Assembly (NCBI RefSeq): GCF_040938485.1
Contig: NW_027271368.1
Span: forward strand, 1,240,001 to 1,304,000
DNA: 64,000 nt
Origin: Diadema antillarum
Lineage: Eukaryota
Direction of reading: 5' to 3'
Below are positions 38,236 through 50,768 of this stretch, one piece after another. The position numbers and the translations under genes were made by a program. How positions within the stretch are numbered: position 1 is the first letter of the stretch; each line of letters starts with the position of its first letter. Under the pieces are notes generated by a model that worked only from the letters and a program-made list of their open reading frames with translations, did no database searches and was not told where the DNA came from.

Positions 38236-41200
38236 AAAAAAGCGATCAGAGTATACACGGTATATAAGCAAGAAGTGAAGCATACTATAAAGAATACAGT
38301 ACTTTTATAATGCCCAAAAAGAAATAGGTTATACATTGCATAGTCCCAAAAAGGAAATTATGTTTTGATAGCCTTGATTGGTTCAGACAGTGTAATATTA
38401 TTTTAGATTGAGCTATAATCATGCCCTTTCAAGAATGTTGCATTGTGGTGGTGGTTTTGTTTTGTTGTTTATTTTTAATAATCTTGTTGTTAGGTTACTG
38501 GCAGCAACACAGGGATCGGCCTGTCTATAGTCCGATCTCTCTGTAAGCATTTTGGAGAGAATGGCATCGTCTACCTCACCGCCAGGAACGAAGGGCGGGG
38601 CCGGGAAGCCATGGAAACCTTGGAGAAAGAGGGACTCCACCCTCGTTTCCACCTGCTGGATGTGGGCAAGATGGCGAGCATGGAGGCGATGCGAGATTTC
38701 ATCAAGGCAGAGCACGGGGGACTGGACATCTTGATCAATAATGCAGGCATTGTCTACAAGGTAATAATTAGTCTCGGTCACTTAGATGTGCTTCGTTGTT
38801 AACATCTTTATTCCAAGAGTGTTGAATTTCAACCCATCTGGAGCAAGGTCAAAACTCTTTTAAACATGAGTCATTCAATGTAGATATCGGGTATATACTG
38901 CAAGAGGCCTATCTAAGAATCATCCTGGATTTTATCCCCTCGTTTACCATCTTCTCAGGAAAGAGTATGCAAAAATGCACCAAGGGGAAATTTGCAAGAA
39001 TCTTGCAAGACCCCCCCCCCCTCCTCGTCTCTTGTTGTTGGTGTTGTTGTTGTTGTTGTTTTCAAACCTTTTAAAGACTTCAGTTGCACGTTCAATATCA
39101 AGTGAATCGTCAGTCATAGAATTTAGATGAATAGTTGTATATTAACGCGGGCCTTCAGATCTCACAATATTGTTATGAATTTGAGTCTGGAAAAAAAAAA
39201 TCAATTTTAGCCCTTCATTCTCTTCCTTGAGTACACTCCTCTGTTTATGATTACAAAATGCAATTTTATGCTGGATTTAGCAATGAAAATTGTACTTTTA
39301 TACAGTATTTCTGCGTTTTTGCTCAGATGCCTTTTGAGCTCTGGGCTATGGAAATATTCATAATATATGTGTATTCCATTGGTTCACGAAAATATTCACA
39401 GCTGTTATGCATTGAAAATAGATCTATCAAAAAGATTCTTACAGTCTTCAAGAATCTTCAGCTTATTGAAGGAGCAGACTTAACCAGAAGGAGAAGAAGA
39501 AACAAAAAAGCAAGGAGACATTCAGCAGATAACAACTCTAATATATTCATTTGCAGTTTTAGCATACACCCATATAGACAGAAAGCTCTCGCAGAACAAA
39601 AACAGGCAAAAAGCTAATAATTGCCTGTGTCTTCGTTCTATATTGCATAATGCCATCGTCCGTTTTCCAGGGAAATGATACTCCAATGTCTGAACAGGCC
39701 AGGGGAACCATTGACATCAACTTCTACGGAGTTCTCCACATGACAAACTTGTTTCTCCCTCTAATCCGGAATGGTGGAAGGTATACTGTGTCTTCATAAT
39801 GAAGTACTTTATACATGTATATCAGTGCACTCCCAATATAACGAATACTCGGGACTGGCGGTTTACAATACTAGTTTCCCGAAATTTTGTTATACAGCCG
39901 AACAGTCAAGTACGTGGAGATGTCATTCATATATGATAATTTTGGGATCTTACTTTTTACTTCGCTGTAATCAGAATTTTCTTATAACCGTATTTCTTGT
40001 AACGGGGTGAACTGTGCATATGACCATTTCAACTCTTCTTTCAGTGTAGCATAGGGCCTATCATGATTCCATAGTCCATTTGCTCGATGTGCATATACAT
40101 GTAAGTGCAGTTGGGAAAAAGAAAACGATTCACATATATGCTGTCAACAGAATAAGTGTTTTGCTTTGATGCTACCATTCGAAAGTGTTTAGCTTTAACA
40201 TTATTTTGACATGCCAGTCTATCATTATGATGAATAATCATTCACAGTTTTTGCAATATCATTAAGTGCTACGTGTGACCCAGTACTAACAATGTTAGTA
40301 CTGGGTCACACGTAGCACTTAATAATATTGCTAAAAAGTGTACAGCATTTTTGCAGTATTACAGTGCAGGGTAGAAGTACTTAACGTGTCGTGAAAAAGA
40401 AAAGGGCTGCAAAATATTTGTCACAACTATCACTGAAATATTCAAGTTTGCAAACATATTATGAATGATCTGTTCAGAAGAAAAATACCCTTTTTACGTG
40501 TGTGTTACTTGGGTGTCTTCTCTTGTGGCTGACAAGACAGCCACAAGACACCCAAGTAACACACACATCTGCTTAGCAGACAATATAGCTGAAGAAGACC
40601 GAAGGTCGAAAGCTTCCCACCAGCCGGCTTCCTGCAATATCTTTTGTCATTATTACATTGTCGTGACAATATATGTATATATATATATATATACTCCTAG
40701 ATGGGTCATTTGGAAGACATTTCCATTTGTTTTATATGCAAATTTTAAAATACATGTTCAATGGCAATTTACGCAATGGAGACACGAAAATTGTCTCCCT
40801 AATGACCAGTTGTCTCCCTAATGAAGACACTTCCCCCCAATATGTCTCNNNNNNNNNNNNNNNNNNNNNNNNNNNNNNNNNNNNNNNNNNNNNNNNNNNN
40901 NNNNNNNNNNNNNNNNNNNNNNNNNNNNNNNNNNNNNNNNNNNNNNNNNNNNNNNNNNNNNNNNNNNNNNNNNNNNNNNNNNNNNNNNNNNNNNNNNNNN
41001 NNNNNNNNNNNAACTCTGTCTGTTAAATCTCTGTCGACATCAAAAAGAATCACGTTTGGGGGCATTGGAGGCTCTAGGTGAATTGCAGGAGAAAAGAGTT
41101 AAGATAGCAGTATGTGACATTATTTTGTGTAGCCATTCATTCCTCAACCCTATACGCGTATAAAATTATACAGGGTGTATCGCAGTGAAGTCCAACATAA

Positions 41201-44034
41201 GTCAAATCCTATCTTTGTCTCCCATGCTTGTATCAGGATTGTCCAAGTAGCCAGCATGGTGGCACCGATGGCCTACTATCGTTGCAGTGAGGACCTGCAA
41301 AAGAGATTTAAGGAAGTGTCAACGGAGCAAGGGGTCATTAACCTCATGGAAGAATTTGTCGGGTATGGTTTCAACATTACTTTCATAATAAAAGGCCCTT
41401 AAAACTAAATAGAGATGTGTTTCCATTAATCTTTGTTGTTGTTATTTGTTGTTGCATGCGTGAGTATTCCAGCTGTCAACAAAAGCACTCTTCATGATAC
41501 CTACGACATGCTGACACGACATTTGCTCTTGTGACAAAATTATGCTCCGGTGTTATTTTCTCCAATTAAGGACATAGGATTATAGGGTTAGGGTTCGATG
41601 TGATAGGGTTTTTAGGTTTGATGTACACTATATAAATACTAGAGGATTACGGTGTGAGTTATTTCTGTGAGTATAATCTATGTTTGGCTTAGCGTACAGA
41701 TATTTCATGCATAACGGGACTCAATTATTGTCGTAGGAGCAAATGTCATGAAACCATCTAACTTTTTTTTTCTTTTCTTTTTTCACGATGCCAAGCCGTG
41801 GTAAGGAAAATGCGTTATCAACCCGTTTACCGGTATCAAGTGAGATTTCTTCGACAATCTTGTGGAAATTTGTTTTTTCAAGAAAATATTGTAATTGGCA
41901 TCCAAAATTGGGCTAGGGAAAATTTTCCTCTGGCTGCCGGGCACTTCTGGGTTGCTTTCATGATCATTTATTGTTGATAACACACACGCACACGAACATA
42001 AGTGACCATACTCTAGAGTGAGTGAAAAAGAGTTCAATGTACTGGGTTTGTTTACCCATTTGCAGGACGGATCTTCATATTGTTCTATGTTGCTAAAAAT
42101 GATCGTAGTTTATTACAGGAAGTGGGAAAGTTGGTGGATCATTATGTAGTGATGAGGAAGTGACCAATGTCAGTTGAGGGATAATGTACATTTTCAAAAA
42201 AAAATGTTTCAGAAATTGTTCGATATGAAATGTAGGGATGGCAACTCATGAATGATTGGCAAAGTTGGTGGATCATTAGGTAGTGATGAGGAAGTGACCA
42301 ATGTCAGCTGAGGGATAATGCACATTTTCAACAAAATGTTTCAGAAATTGTTCGATATGAAATGTAGGGATGGCAACTCATGGATGGTCACCAATAAGCA
42401 CTGAATTGATCAGTGTTTTAGTAGTAGCCATAATAGAAAAAAAAATCATGACGTACCTACTCGAGCAGGATTCGAACCTACGACCTCCTGATCACCGGAC
42501 AGAAGGCATATCCAATAGACCACTGATCAATTCAGTACTTATTTACGTCGACGCAGGGCAATTTGCCAATAAGTTGCAATTAAGACATCTCGACGGAAGA
42601 ATTTCATGAATTTGAATAATAAAGCAGTATACCCGCTGCATGCTATAAGGATTAGAACCAACACTTGCTGTCGGGCGAAAGCTTGGTGGTCTAGTGGAGA
42701 TGATGCCTGTCCGGTGATCAGGAGGTCGTAGGTTCGATCCTGTTCGAGTATGTACGCCCATGATTTTTTAATATGGCCATACTACTAATACACTGACCAA
42801 TTCAGTGCTTATTTACGTCGATGCAGGGCAATTTGTCAATCAGTTGCAATGAATTCATCTCGACAGAAGAATTTCATGAATTTGAGCTTATTTTGTGCTT
42901 AAAGGGATAGTACAGTATTGGTTGAGATGAGAATTGGGCTTTTAAATTTTTGCAAGATACCAAGAAAACACTTATAACATAGTACAAAGGATACCATTTT
43001 AATAGGAATTCAACGTTTATTTTATGAAAATCGGGTTTTGAATAACTGAATCATTCAAAAACAAAGTAAAACAAAGCGATCGTTACAAAGTGTGGGTCCC
43101 ACACTTTATTAGAATCGATCTTTTTGGATATCTCAGCTATTTCAAAACCAATTTTTATCAAATAAGCGTTGAATTCCTCAATGAATTGCATGCCCTTTCA
43201 TATTTTATATGACATTTCTCATTATCTCACCTTAAAATATTAGAAACCTGAAATTAGGTCTCAACCAGAACTGTACGATCCCTTTAAATAGCTCTCCCTA
43301 TTCCTGATTCTCATTTTCATTCTCTTGATGCTCCGTGGTACAATCCTGTATATGTTGCCCTGCACAGAGCAACAGGAACAGGGAATCATGTTCAGCAAGG
43401 TTGGCCTGACTGGGCCTATGGAGTCAGCAAGCTGGGTGCCGTTGCTCTCACCCGTATCCAAGGCCAGGCTGTTGCTAAGGATACCACCAAGGAGGATGTT
43501 CTCCTCAACTCCGTGAGTTTCAGCCTCAACTTCAAGACACGAGTGTTTTACCCATACACCAGGTGTCATAACAGTATGTTCGTCCTCAGGTTTTAATTAT
43601 CATGATTATGGAATGTCCAATGGTAAAATTGTTGGAATTCAGATGATGGTGATGATGCTTTTGGTTATTTTGTGATTGTAGTCACAATGACGAGTGCACT
43701 AATTGAATGTATGTATAGTTTTGAAGACATTTTTTTTTTTTGACACAACATTGTAGTTTGTTGCCATAGCTACACTGACATTCTCCAATTGTTGAAAGCT
43801 ACCAACGCTTCCATCACACTCCTTGCATCTCTGCAGTGCTGTCCTGGCTACGTCCTGTCTAACATGACGGCCCATCACACGTCATCCAACATGATTTCCA
43901 CGGAAGAAGGAGCCGTCAATCCGGTCTACCTAGCCCTTCTTCCTCCTGGAACCAAAGACCTCCAAGGCGTCTTGATCTCCAAGAAGACGGTCAAAGATTT
44001 CTGGAACAACGATATTCGCCCAATCTCAATTTGA
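37293..44034 (+). CDS. CBR1: Carbonyl reductase [NADPH] 1-like (classical SDR), copy B, 6 exons, 288-289 aa
   Basis: Exons 37293(or 37296)-37316, 38494-38760, 39671-39780, 41237-41362, 43368-43512, 43837-44034. Same exon sizes and phases as copy A except a 9-nt deletion in exon 6; all catalytic motifs intact. Intron 3 contains a gap (40849-41011). Confidence 0.92.
39823..40014. mobile_element. Short degenerate relative of the CAGTGCACTCCC MITE
   Basis: CAGTGCACTCCCAATATAACGAA ... TTGTAACGGGGTGAACTG. Confidence 0.6.
40261..40323. repeat. Near-perfect palindrome, 31-bp arms, 1-nt spacer
   Basis: ATTAAGTGCTACGTGTGACCCAGTACTAACA-A-TGTTAGTACTGGGTCACACGTAGCACTTAAT. Confidence 0.95.
42127..42386 (+). 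repeat. Tandem duplication, ~134-bp unit
   Basis: AAAGTTGGTGGATCATT...AGGGATGGCAACTCATG starts at 42127 and again at 42261. Confidence 0.9.
42392..42520 (-). mobile_element. tRNA-derived SINE head and body, minus strand
   Basis: The reverse complement reads AGTGGTCTATTGG...GGTCGTAGGTTCGAATCC (A/B boxes) and continues into the same body as the plus copy at 42681. Confidence 0.65.
42681..42885 (+). mobile_element. tRNA-derived SINE
   Basis: Pol III A box TGGTCTAGTGG (42687-42697) and B box GGTTCGATCC (42731-42740); no clean cloverleaf; tRNA-unrelated body follows. Confidence 0.7.
42903..43283. mobile_element. Kolobok-like MITE
   Basis: TTAA on both sides; TIR AGGGATAGTACAGTATTGGTTGAGA vs inverted TCTCAACCAGAACTGTACGATCCCT. 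Confidence 0.78.
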
Positions 44035-44600
44035 TTCCCTTCTATACCTCAATGTCATTTTCACATTCAGCAGCGACTTTGCTACATCGTACCTGTTTGC
44101 TTCTGTCAGGTTTAGTGTTTATTATGCCTTTGCGCTATACCACATGTGGATGTATATTTCTCATAAACGCCTTCAATCAGGGATCGAGTAGTAATTTACT
44201 CCAGGCACCTGGGAATACATTTCACGTCGAGGATATTCCCGTTTGTCCAGAGTATTTAACAGCTGTTTAAACTCAATGAAAAAGCAACATATTTGTGGCC
44301 CTATAGGGCTACCGTAGGGGTAGCAAGGCACCTGCCCATTCCGCAAAGTTATATGCCTAGAACTGCATGCATATAAGTGAACAGTACTTCACACAGTACA
44401 AATGGGGAAATTCAAAATAATTTTACACATGTCCTCGATTGTTTTGTATGTTCCTGTACACTCTATATGAAACCTGATTTTTTTACCTTAAACTGAATTT
44501 TGCTTCTAAGTTTGCCAATGTCAATTTAATAGTTTATCGTGATGAAGATATACAGTGTATATGATATATATGCAAATATATATATATATATATATATATA

Positions 44601-44636
<36 letters not shown>

Positions 44637-47334
44637 TTTATATCAGAAGCAAAAGAATAAAACTGAAACATACTCTGTTACCTTGAGCAACCAAAGTCAT
44701 ATCCCCAGTTGAAGCATCTAATGAGAATGTGTCTATGTGTGTCTGTCATTGATGTTTTTTACACTGTTTTTAGGGGCCTTGATAAGATAATGACTTCAGA
44801 TAGTTCATATTCAACGACTCTTCCAAAAGATTCATCTAGATTTACGGTCAGGGTCTATAGATCAAGGACAAGGTAAAAAAAATAAATCGCATGTAAAGAA
44901 TTATTTGATAAAACTTTAAATATAAAGTACATTAAGTCATATCCAATTTATTTCCAGGTTGATTGGATTTGGTGAGTTGGCAGTCATACGTTGAGATAAA
45001 GTTCTGATATACATGACATATTTCCTTTTTTCCCTTTTCCTTTAATGACAAAATAAACATGATTAAATTTGTGACCATGACAGATGATAACAGAGTATAT
45101 AATAGGAAACATTTTCTCTCTTTTTTTGTATATTTGTTGTTACTGACATGCTGGTTTTTGGAAAGTAATTGAAATTGTACATGAAAGTCAGTCAACTTAT
45201 GCACTGGTGTGTGCAATGACAAATAGAGCACTCGTGTTGTACGTGAGTGTCTATTGTTAGATGTACATGATATAGATCTATCTGGGGTCACGGGGCGGAG
45301 GATCATATTTAAATCTTGAGATCGCGGTACACTCAATAATAATTGATAGCCTCATATAAGAATGGATGTGAGATTATACATCGCCAAGAAAGCAAGACAC
45401 AACAGGGCACCGTTTCCTTAAATTTGTCAGCCTAACAAGTTGCTAGTACTATAAGTACTCGGTGAAATCATTGGTTTTCATTGGCTGAGAAGCTCCGGGC
45501 ACTGACTGTATAATGATATGGTAATTGTAAGAAATTGACAACTTGTCAGGACCGATAACTTCCATGAAGCTGTTGCCAGACCTGTTTATGCTCATGCAGT
45601 AAAGTGAAACATAGAACTGGTCTGTGGTACACTGTATTTGAATGTGGAAGTCGAGTTCATACACATATCTTTTTATCACTGTGAGCGAAGAGCTTGATGC
45701 TGCCTCGTAGTACGCCTGATATAATTCGCATCAATGAAGTGGAAGTCCTTCGTGATGTTAAGTGATGTTAACCTTTGCAATATATCTGGCCATTTTGCTA
45801 AGATTGTGTAGCCTAATATTGTGTGCATGTCTCTATGTGTAGTTTTTTTTTTGTCATAAAGTATGATGTCCAGGAGTTCAATTTAACCTATTCTTGATAC
45901 AATAACAATCCAAAAAGTAATCAATGAGACAGAATATACATGCGAGTGATACGACTATAATATTTTCACCATTTGTGTACTTTTTGTGTATTTTGAAATA
46001 GCTCTAGTGTGTTTTAATGTTTGTCATGTAGAGCATACCAGCAGGTGCTGGTACATGCAATCTTATATTAATGCAAGAATGTTGAACTAATCTTGGCCTT
46101 TAATGTAGATGTTATGTAAGAAGTCCTCTTTATCTTGATATGGTGACTGCTGAGCAAATAAAAGCTGTCGAAAATAAATGTGTATGAAATGATGCTTTCA
46201 ATAGAATGAGATAATGATTGTACGATATATTGAATGATCATACTATAGAAATGTGCCCTAAGATTAAATTTCTTAGAGAGGGGGCACACCGGGCGCGCGC
46301 TCCCTTAATTTTTTTTTTCATAAAGAGAAATAAAAAGAAAAAAAAAAACAACTGGAAATGGGCGTGCGCGCCCCCTTTCATTTTGTTCACCAGAAAATTG
46401 AAGCCCTTTTTCTTTTGTACGCGGGAGCTGTTTTATTTTCGTTTTTATAAATTACTTGTCAGCTGATTAAATTCCTGGATCCGCCGCGGAAGGAAGAGTG
46501 GGTGAGAAAGTGTGAGAAAAAAGATGAGTGTTGGATATACAGATGAAAGAGTAAAGGAAGAAAAAGGAACCAAAGTTATACTCCTGCAACAATGGAACAA
46601 TAGGCATTTTCCGTAAACACAATGAACAGATTTAATTGAAGACATGATTAATTTACCAATCTCTGCCTTAATTAGCAGTATAAACGTCAAAATCATCATG
46701 ATCATCTCACTTCTTGATTCTGTGTGGTATAAAATATAGCATACATATCATTCATGGAATAAGCCAAGGTATATGGAACAATATCAGAACCAATGCAGAC
46801 CAAAGGCATTGATAGCTTCCAACATGAAAAGTGAAACATGGACAATAAACTTCAAGAGTATAAGATTTTTCTTTTTTTGAAGCAATTGATTGGTTCATAT
46901 ATTATGATTGCCTTTTCCATGTATGAAAATATATGTAGGACCTACATTTATTCTCCGTTCCCTTAGTATCTGGCCAAAAAACAACAACTAAACAACAACA
47001 ATAAACAAGTTTCAGCAATTTCAAAGCAAGCAAAACAGAAGACTTGTCTGAAAATAATTGTACGCACGTGAGTGTATCAGGACCTACATTTCAAGACGAT
47101 AAGTATTGTTGAAGTATTGTACGGATTGCTTATAGTTTGCTGTAGAATTTGGCAAAGGCCACTGCAGTAATACTCATTGCACATTGTAAAATTGGAAACT
47201 GCTGGTGTGAAACCAATCTATTTTCTTAACTCTTTGTATGCTCTGTATGCCGATTGGCACAGAAAACCCCATAACATTCCACGCACTGTCCAAAGTCTAT
47301 GGTACCGAAGAGGTTACAAAGACAATCTCTGTAT

Positions 47335-47803
47335 TATATAGATGATGACTGGCGGGGGAGGGAACATACCGAATGTTCCACCCGAAGGGTTTGAAATGCT
47401 ATTGAGGGAGGTTATACGTTATACTTATAGCCACCCGAAATAGCATTTCAAACCCTGCTGAGGGTGGAACGTTTGGTGCATGTTCCCGACAACAAAAGTC
47501 ATCATCTGTTATATTATATTAGATGGGTTAGTCAAATACCATCATCTGTTTTGGGTTATGCCGTACCTCAGCGTAGAAAATACGAAAAAATGACATAGTG
47601 CAGCGGGGGACTTCTGTTCGATCATAATGTGATCGTTCAATCGTTTGGTATCGTTTGTCATTTGTTACTTGAAAATGTTTTCCCGTGCTTTGAGAACATT
47701 ATAAAAAAATTCTGTCCATGGGCGAACATAACCAATGTGTCTCCATCACGTGACTGTGTTTAGCCAATCACTAACGGGTATTTGACTTACCCATTTAATA
47801 TAC
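47335..47803. mobile_element. Two adjacent inverted-repeat (MITE-like) elements
   Basis: TATAGATGATGACT...AGTCATCATCTGTTATA (~47335-47512) and TATATTAGATGGGTTAGTCAAATACC...GGTATTTGACTTACCCATTTAATATA (~47515-47803). Confidence 0.55.
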
Positions 47804-50320
47804 TATATTGTTACAGGCTCAGAGGAGTGTTTTTGAAGATAAGTCATAAACAATCATGTTCGTCAGAATACTTCCGAGTATCCCATCACAGACTGATTAT
47901 GGTTTCTGTTGTTTTGAATACACATATATCATATTAGATACAGAAAGTTTTACAGACAGTTAAAGTTCAACAGGAATGTACCTGAAAGCAGCAATCCCTA
48001 TCGTTATGCTGAAAAGGGAAACATTATCTTAGTATCAGACGGTAGTTCTAGGGGCTGGGAGGGGACCAAAAGAGAAGCAACAATTACTGGCTGATAGCTT
48101 CAACGTACATTGCAATAGGGAAATAAAATTGTAAATACTAACAAATGCAAATGTGTACTTTTATTATTTCGAGGAAATTTACTGAGCATCACACTTTGAA
48201 GAACCTGGCAAAGCACTTAATTTTTTAATTTGATGTTATGCCAGTGTCCGCAAAAGGATTCATACGCGATCGGAAGTCGTCATCAAAATTCTGAATGAAA
48301 ACAAGGCGCGTGGTGATCGAGGGACACAATCTGATCATCGGGCCTAATACTGTTGACTACTGGCTCAGTGCTCTCATTGAAGTCATACGGTCAATTGGAG
48401 GGGGGGGGGGTGGGGGTGATCGGCGTGAGCACGAGTATAAGTCCATGATACGCGATGTGTATATGTAAATGAAATGAAATGAAATAAAATAGATGGTTAT
48501 TATGCTTGTTATTGCTGTGTATGTCGTACACTGATTCTTATTTCCTTATTTTTATAGGATTTCTGAATTTTCTTGAATTAAGAGTCCATTAAAACAATCA
48601 CCCACAGGGGAGTTGATCCATTTGAATGATGGGTCGGGGGAGAGGAAGGGGAGGGCAAAAGTCGGAAGATTATTATGTGCGAGGGAGCGGAGGAGGGTGT
48701 GGGAGATTTTGCATTTCAGCCTGTAATTCAGAGATGAGTGCCCACATTTGGTGAAATATTCGATTTTTGTTTCTATCATGTCTATCGAAAAAGAGGAAGA
48801 AACATTCATATTTAGTGAAATGTGTGTGTGTGTGTGGGGGGGGGATAGACACCCCCTCCCCACTTGAGAGAGATTTTGCATTTTCAGAACTGAAATTCAA
48901 CAATTTTTTATCTGGTGCACACTTTGGATTAAATGTTTGGACACTTTTCTGTCAATAAATGCAAGAAAAAAAATTTCCACCACACATCACGGAATTATTG
49001 GGGGGGGGGGACGACAACATGATATAATGTCCCCCCCCCCCCACGAAGATTGACGCCCCTAACTGCCCCTTGCACCCGTAGGATCGACGCCCCTGATCAT
49101 CCCTGTGTACCCCCCTCCCCCCTTGATGAATAATGACTGAAACATCATCGTTTGCTCAATAATTAAAGAATGGGGGGGGGGGGGGAGTCAATTCTGGCGG
49201 TTTTTGTCTTGTGTTGTTGTTGTTTTTCGTACGTAATTTGTAGATGGTCCCGAGATGCGTTTTCAACATCTGCGAGCGAGCGAAGAGAGCGAGCCTTAAG
49301 GAAATTTTGTATGCAAATCATTTGTTCAGCTCTCACTAGGCTGACTTCCAAACGTCGTGCAATATGCCGAATAACATATTGACACAATCTCATTTCTTCT
49401 CCTTCCATCATTCCATCTATTTTTTTTTTCAATTTCAGGGGGATGTTTGTACAGGCCTTCCCCCTTCTCCATGAGTTGTGGGGGGGGGGATGCATCCCCC
49501 TCCCCATGCATTCTGGTACACATGCCCCGAGTGAAGTACATGTATGTATTGTGGGGTGATGGGAACGCCAGCTGCAACAAAAAGAAGATGACCACGATGA
49601 TGTAATCTCGGGAATTCCCCTTTGTTGTTGCCGTTTTAAACATTACTGTATTTATCATACATAATCCTATCATGTAATTTAGAAATTGATAATGTATGAA
49701 AAATGTAACCATCAATAGAATTTAAAGTTTATTTTGTGACCAAAAATATACATTTTTTAATATTTAATAGATAAAATTAGAAAACTTCTCTACTTTTTCT
49801 TATCTAATTTCGTACGTCAGCCCAGTGCAGGTTCTCGCAAAGAGCATAGGCGCACGACGTACTTCTACTACTGGATGAGTTCTACAGTAGTCAGTGCAGG
49901 CCTCTCCTCTAAATACCAACTACACACACTTACGTACGTGCTGACTGGTATTTTTTATTCCAAAGGCATGATGCATGCTAGCTGGCCGAGTCGTCGATGG
50001 ACGGGAATAGCCTCAGCAACACTATTTACTCACTGAACTGAATTGTCCTGACTGGTACTACTGCTACATGCTGGGACGTATGAAGACAAACACATCAGAT
50101 ATGTGCTTAGAGGGTATAAGTAGATTGTTCTACATGTCTGTACTGTTATTTGACGCCAAATGAATAGGAGGTGATGTTGATACTCTTCATCTAACTTCAT
50201 GAGGCAATCATGAGGAAGTTGGGATAAACTGACCTGGCCTGGTACTGTGGTAGAACCAAATTTAACCCGGAAAGTTCGTTGAATTGAACGTGTGTGAGAG
50301 TTTTGGTTCGATACTTTGCA

Positions 50321-50768
50321 ATGGCTGCAAGCAGTGATGTCAACAGCAGATCTAACTGCAACACAGAAAAGAAGCTAAGATCTGTCGAACGCTGCGAGGA
50401 AATATACCTGCATGTGAAAAATAAATTGAGTAAAACGGACTTCCAGCATTTGCTCTTTTTAAATCAGGAGCATTTGTCAACAAGCGACTATGAACAGTTT
50501 GAAAAAGAATTTTCAGTCTTGCCTTTCATCCTTGCGATGATCAAATGCAACAGGTACCAAAAGGATGATTTCCAATGCCTATGTAAAGATCTTGAAGCGA
50601 TTGAGTTATTCAAGCTTTCCAAGGAAGTAAAGGAGAAGGTTGAGTTACTCAAGCTTTCCAAGGAAGTAAAGGAAAAGGTAACTGCGTCCAGCCCCAACGC
50701 TACGTGTTGGGGCTCAAGCAGTATATCTATGACTGTGTACAAGGAGCGCCCCGCGGTTAAGGAAAAGG
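50321..50768 (+). CDS. Exon encoding a death-effector-domain-like fold (putative first exon of the RLR)
   Basis: YLHVKNKLSKTDFQHLLFL...SVLPFILAM...DDFQCLCKDLEAIELFKLSKEV follows the DED hydrophobic pattern (LS..D...L.FL; L...L..I....L...V). The donor G|GTGAGT is phase 1, matching the acceptor at 52965. Confidence 0.6.

Noticed and set aside
42681-42755. Functional tRNA gene
   Set aside because: A/B boxes are present but I could not fold acceptor and anticodon stems, and a shared non-tRNA body follows, as in SINEs.
23767-44034. CBR duplication as an uncollapsed-haplotype artefact (gaps lie at the junction)
   Set aside because: Introns differ by many indels and independent TE insertions and exon 6 has a 9-nt indel, which is more than expected for alleles. 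Long reads across 35976-36472 would settle it.
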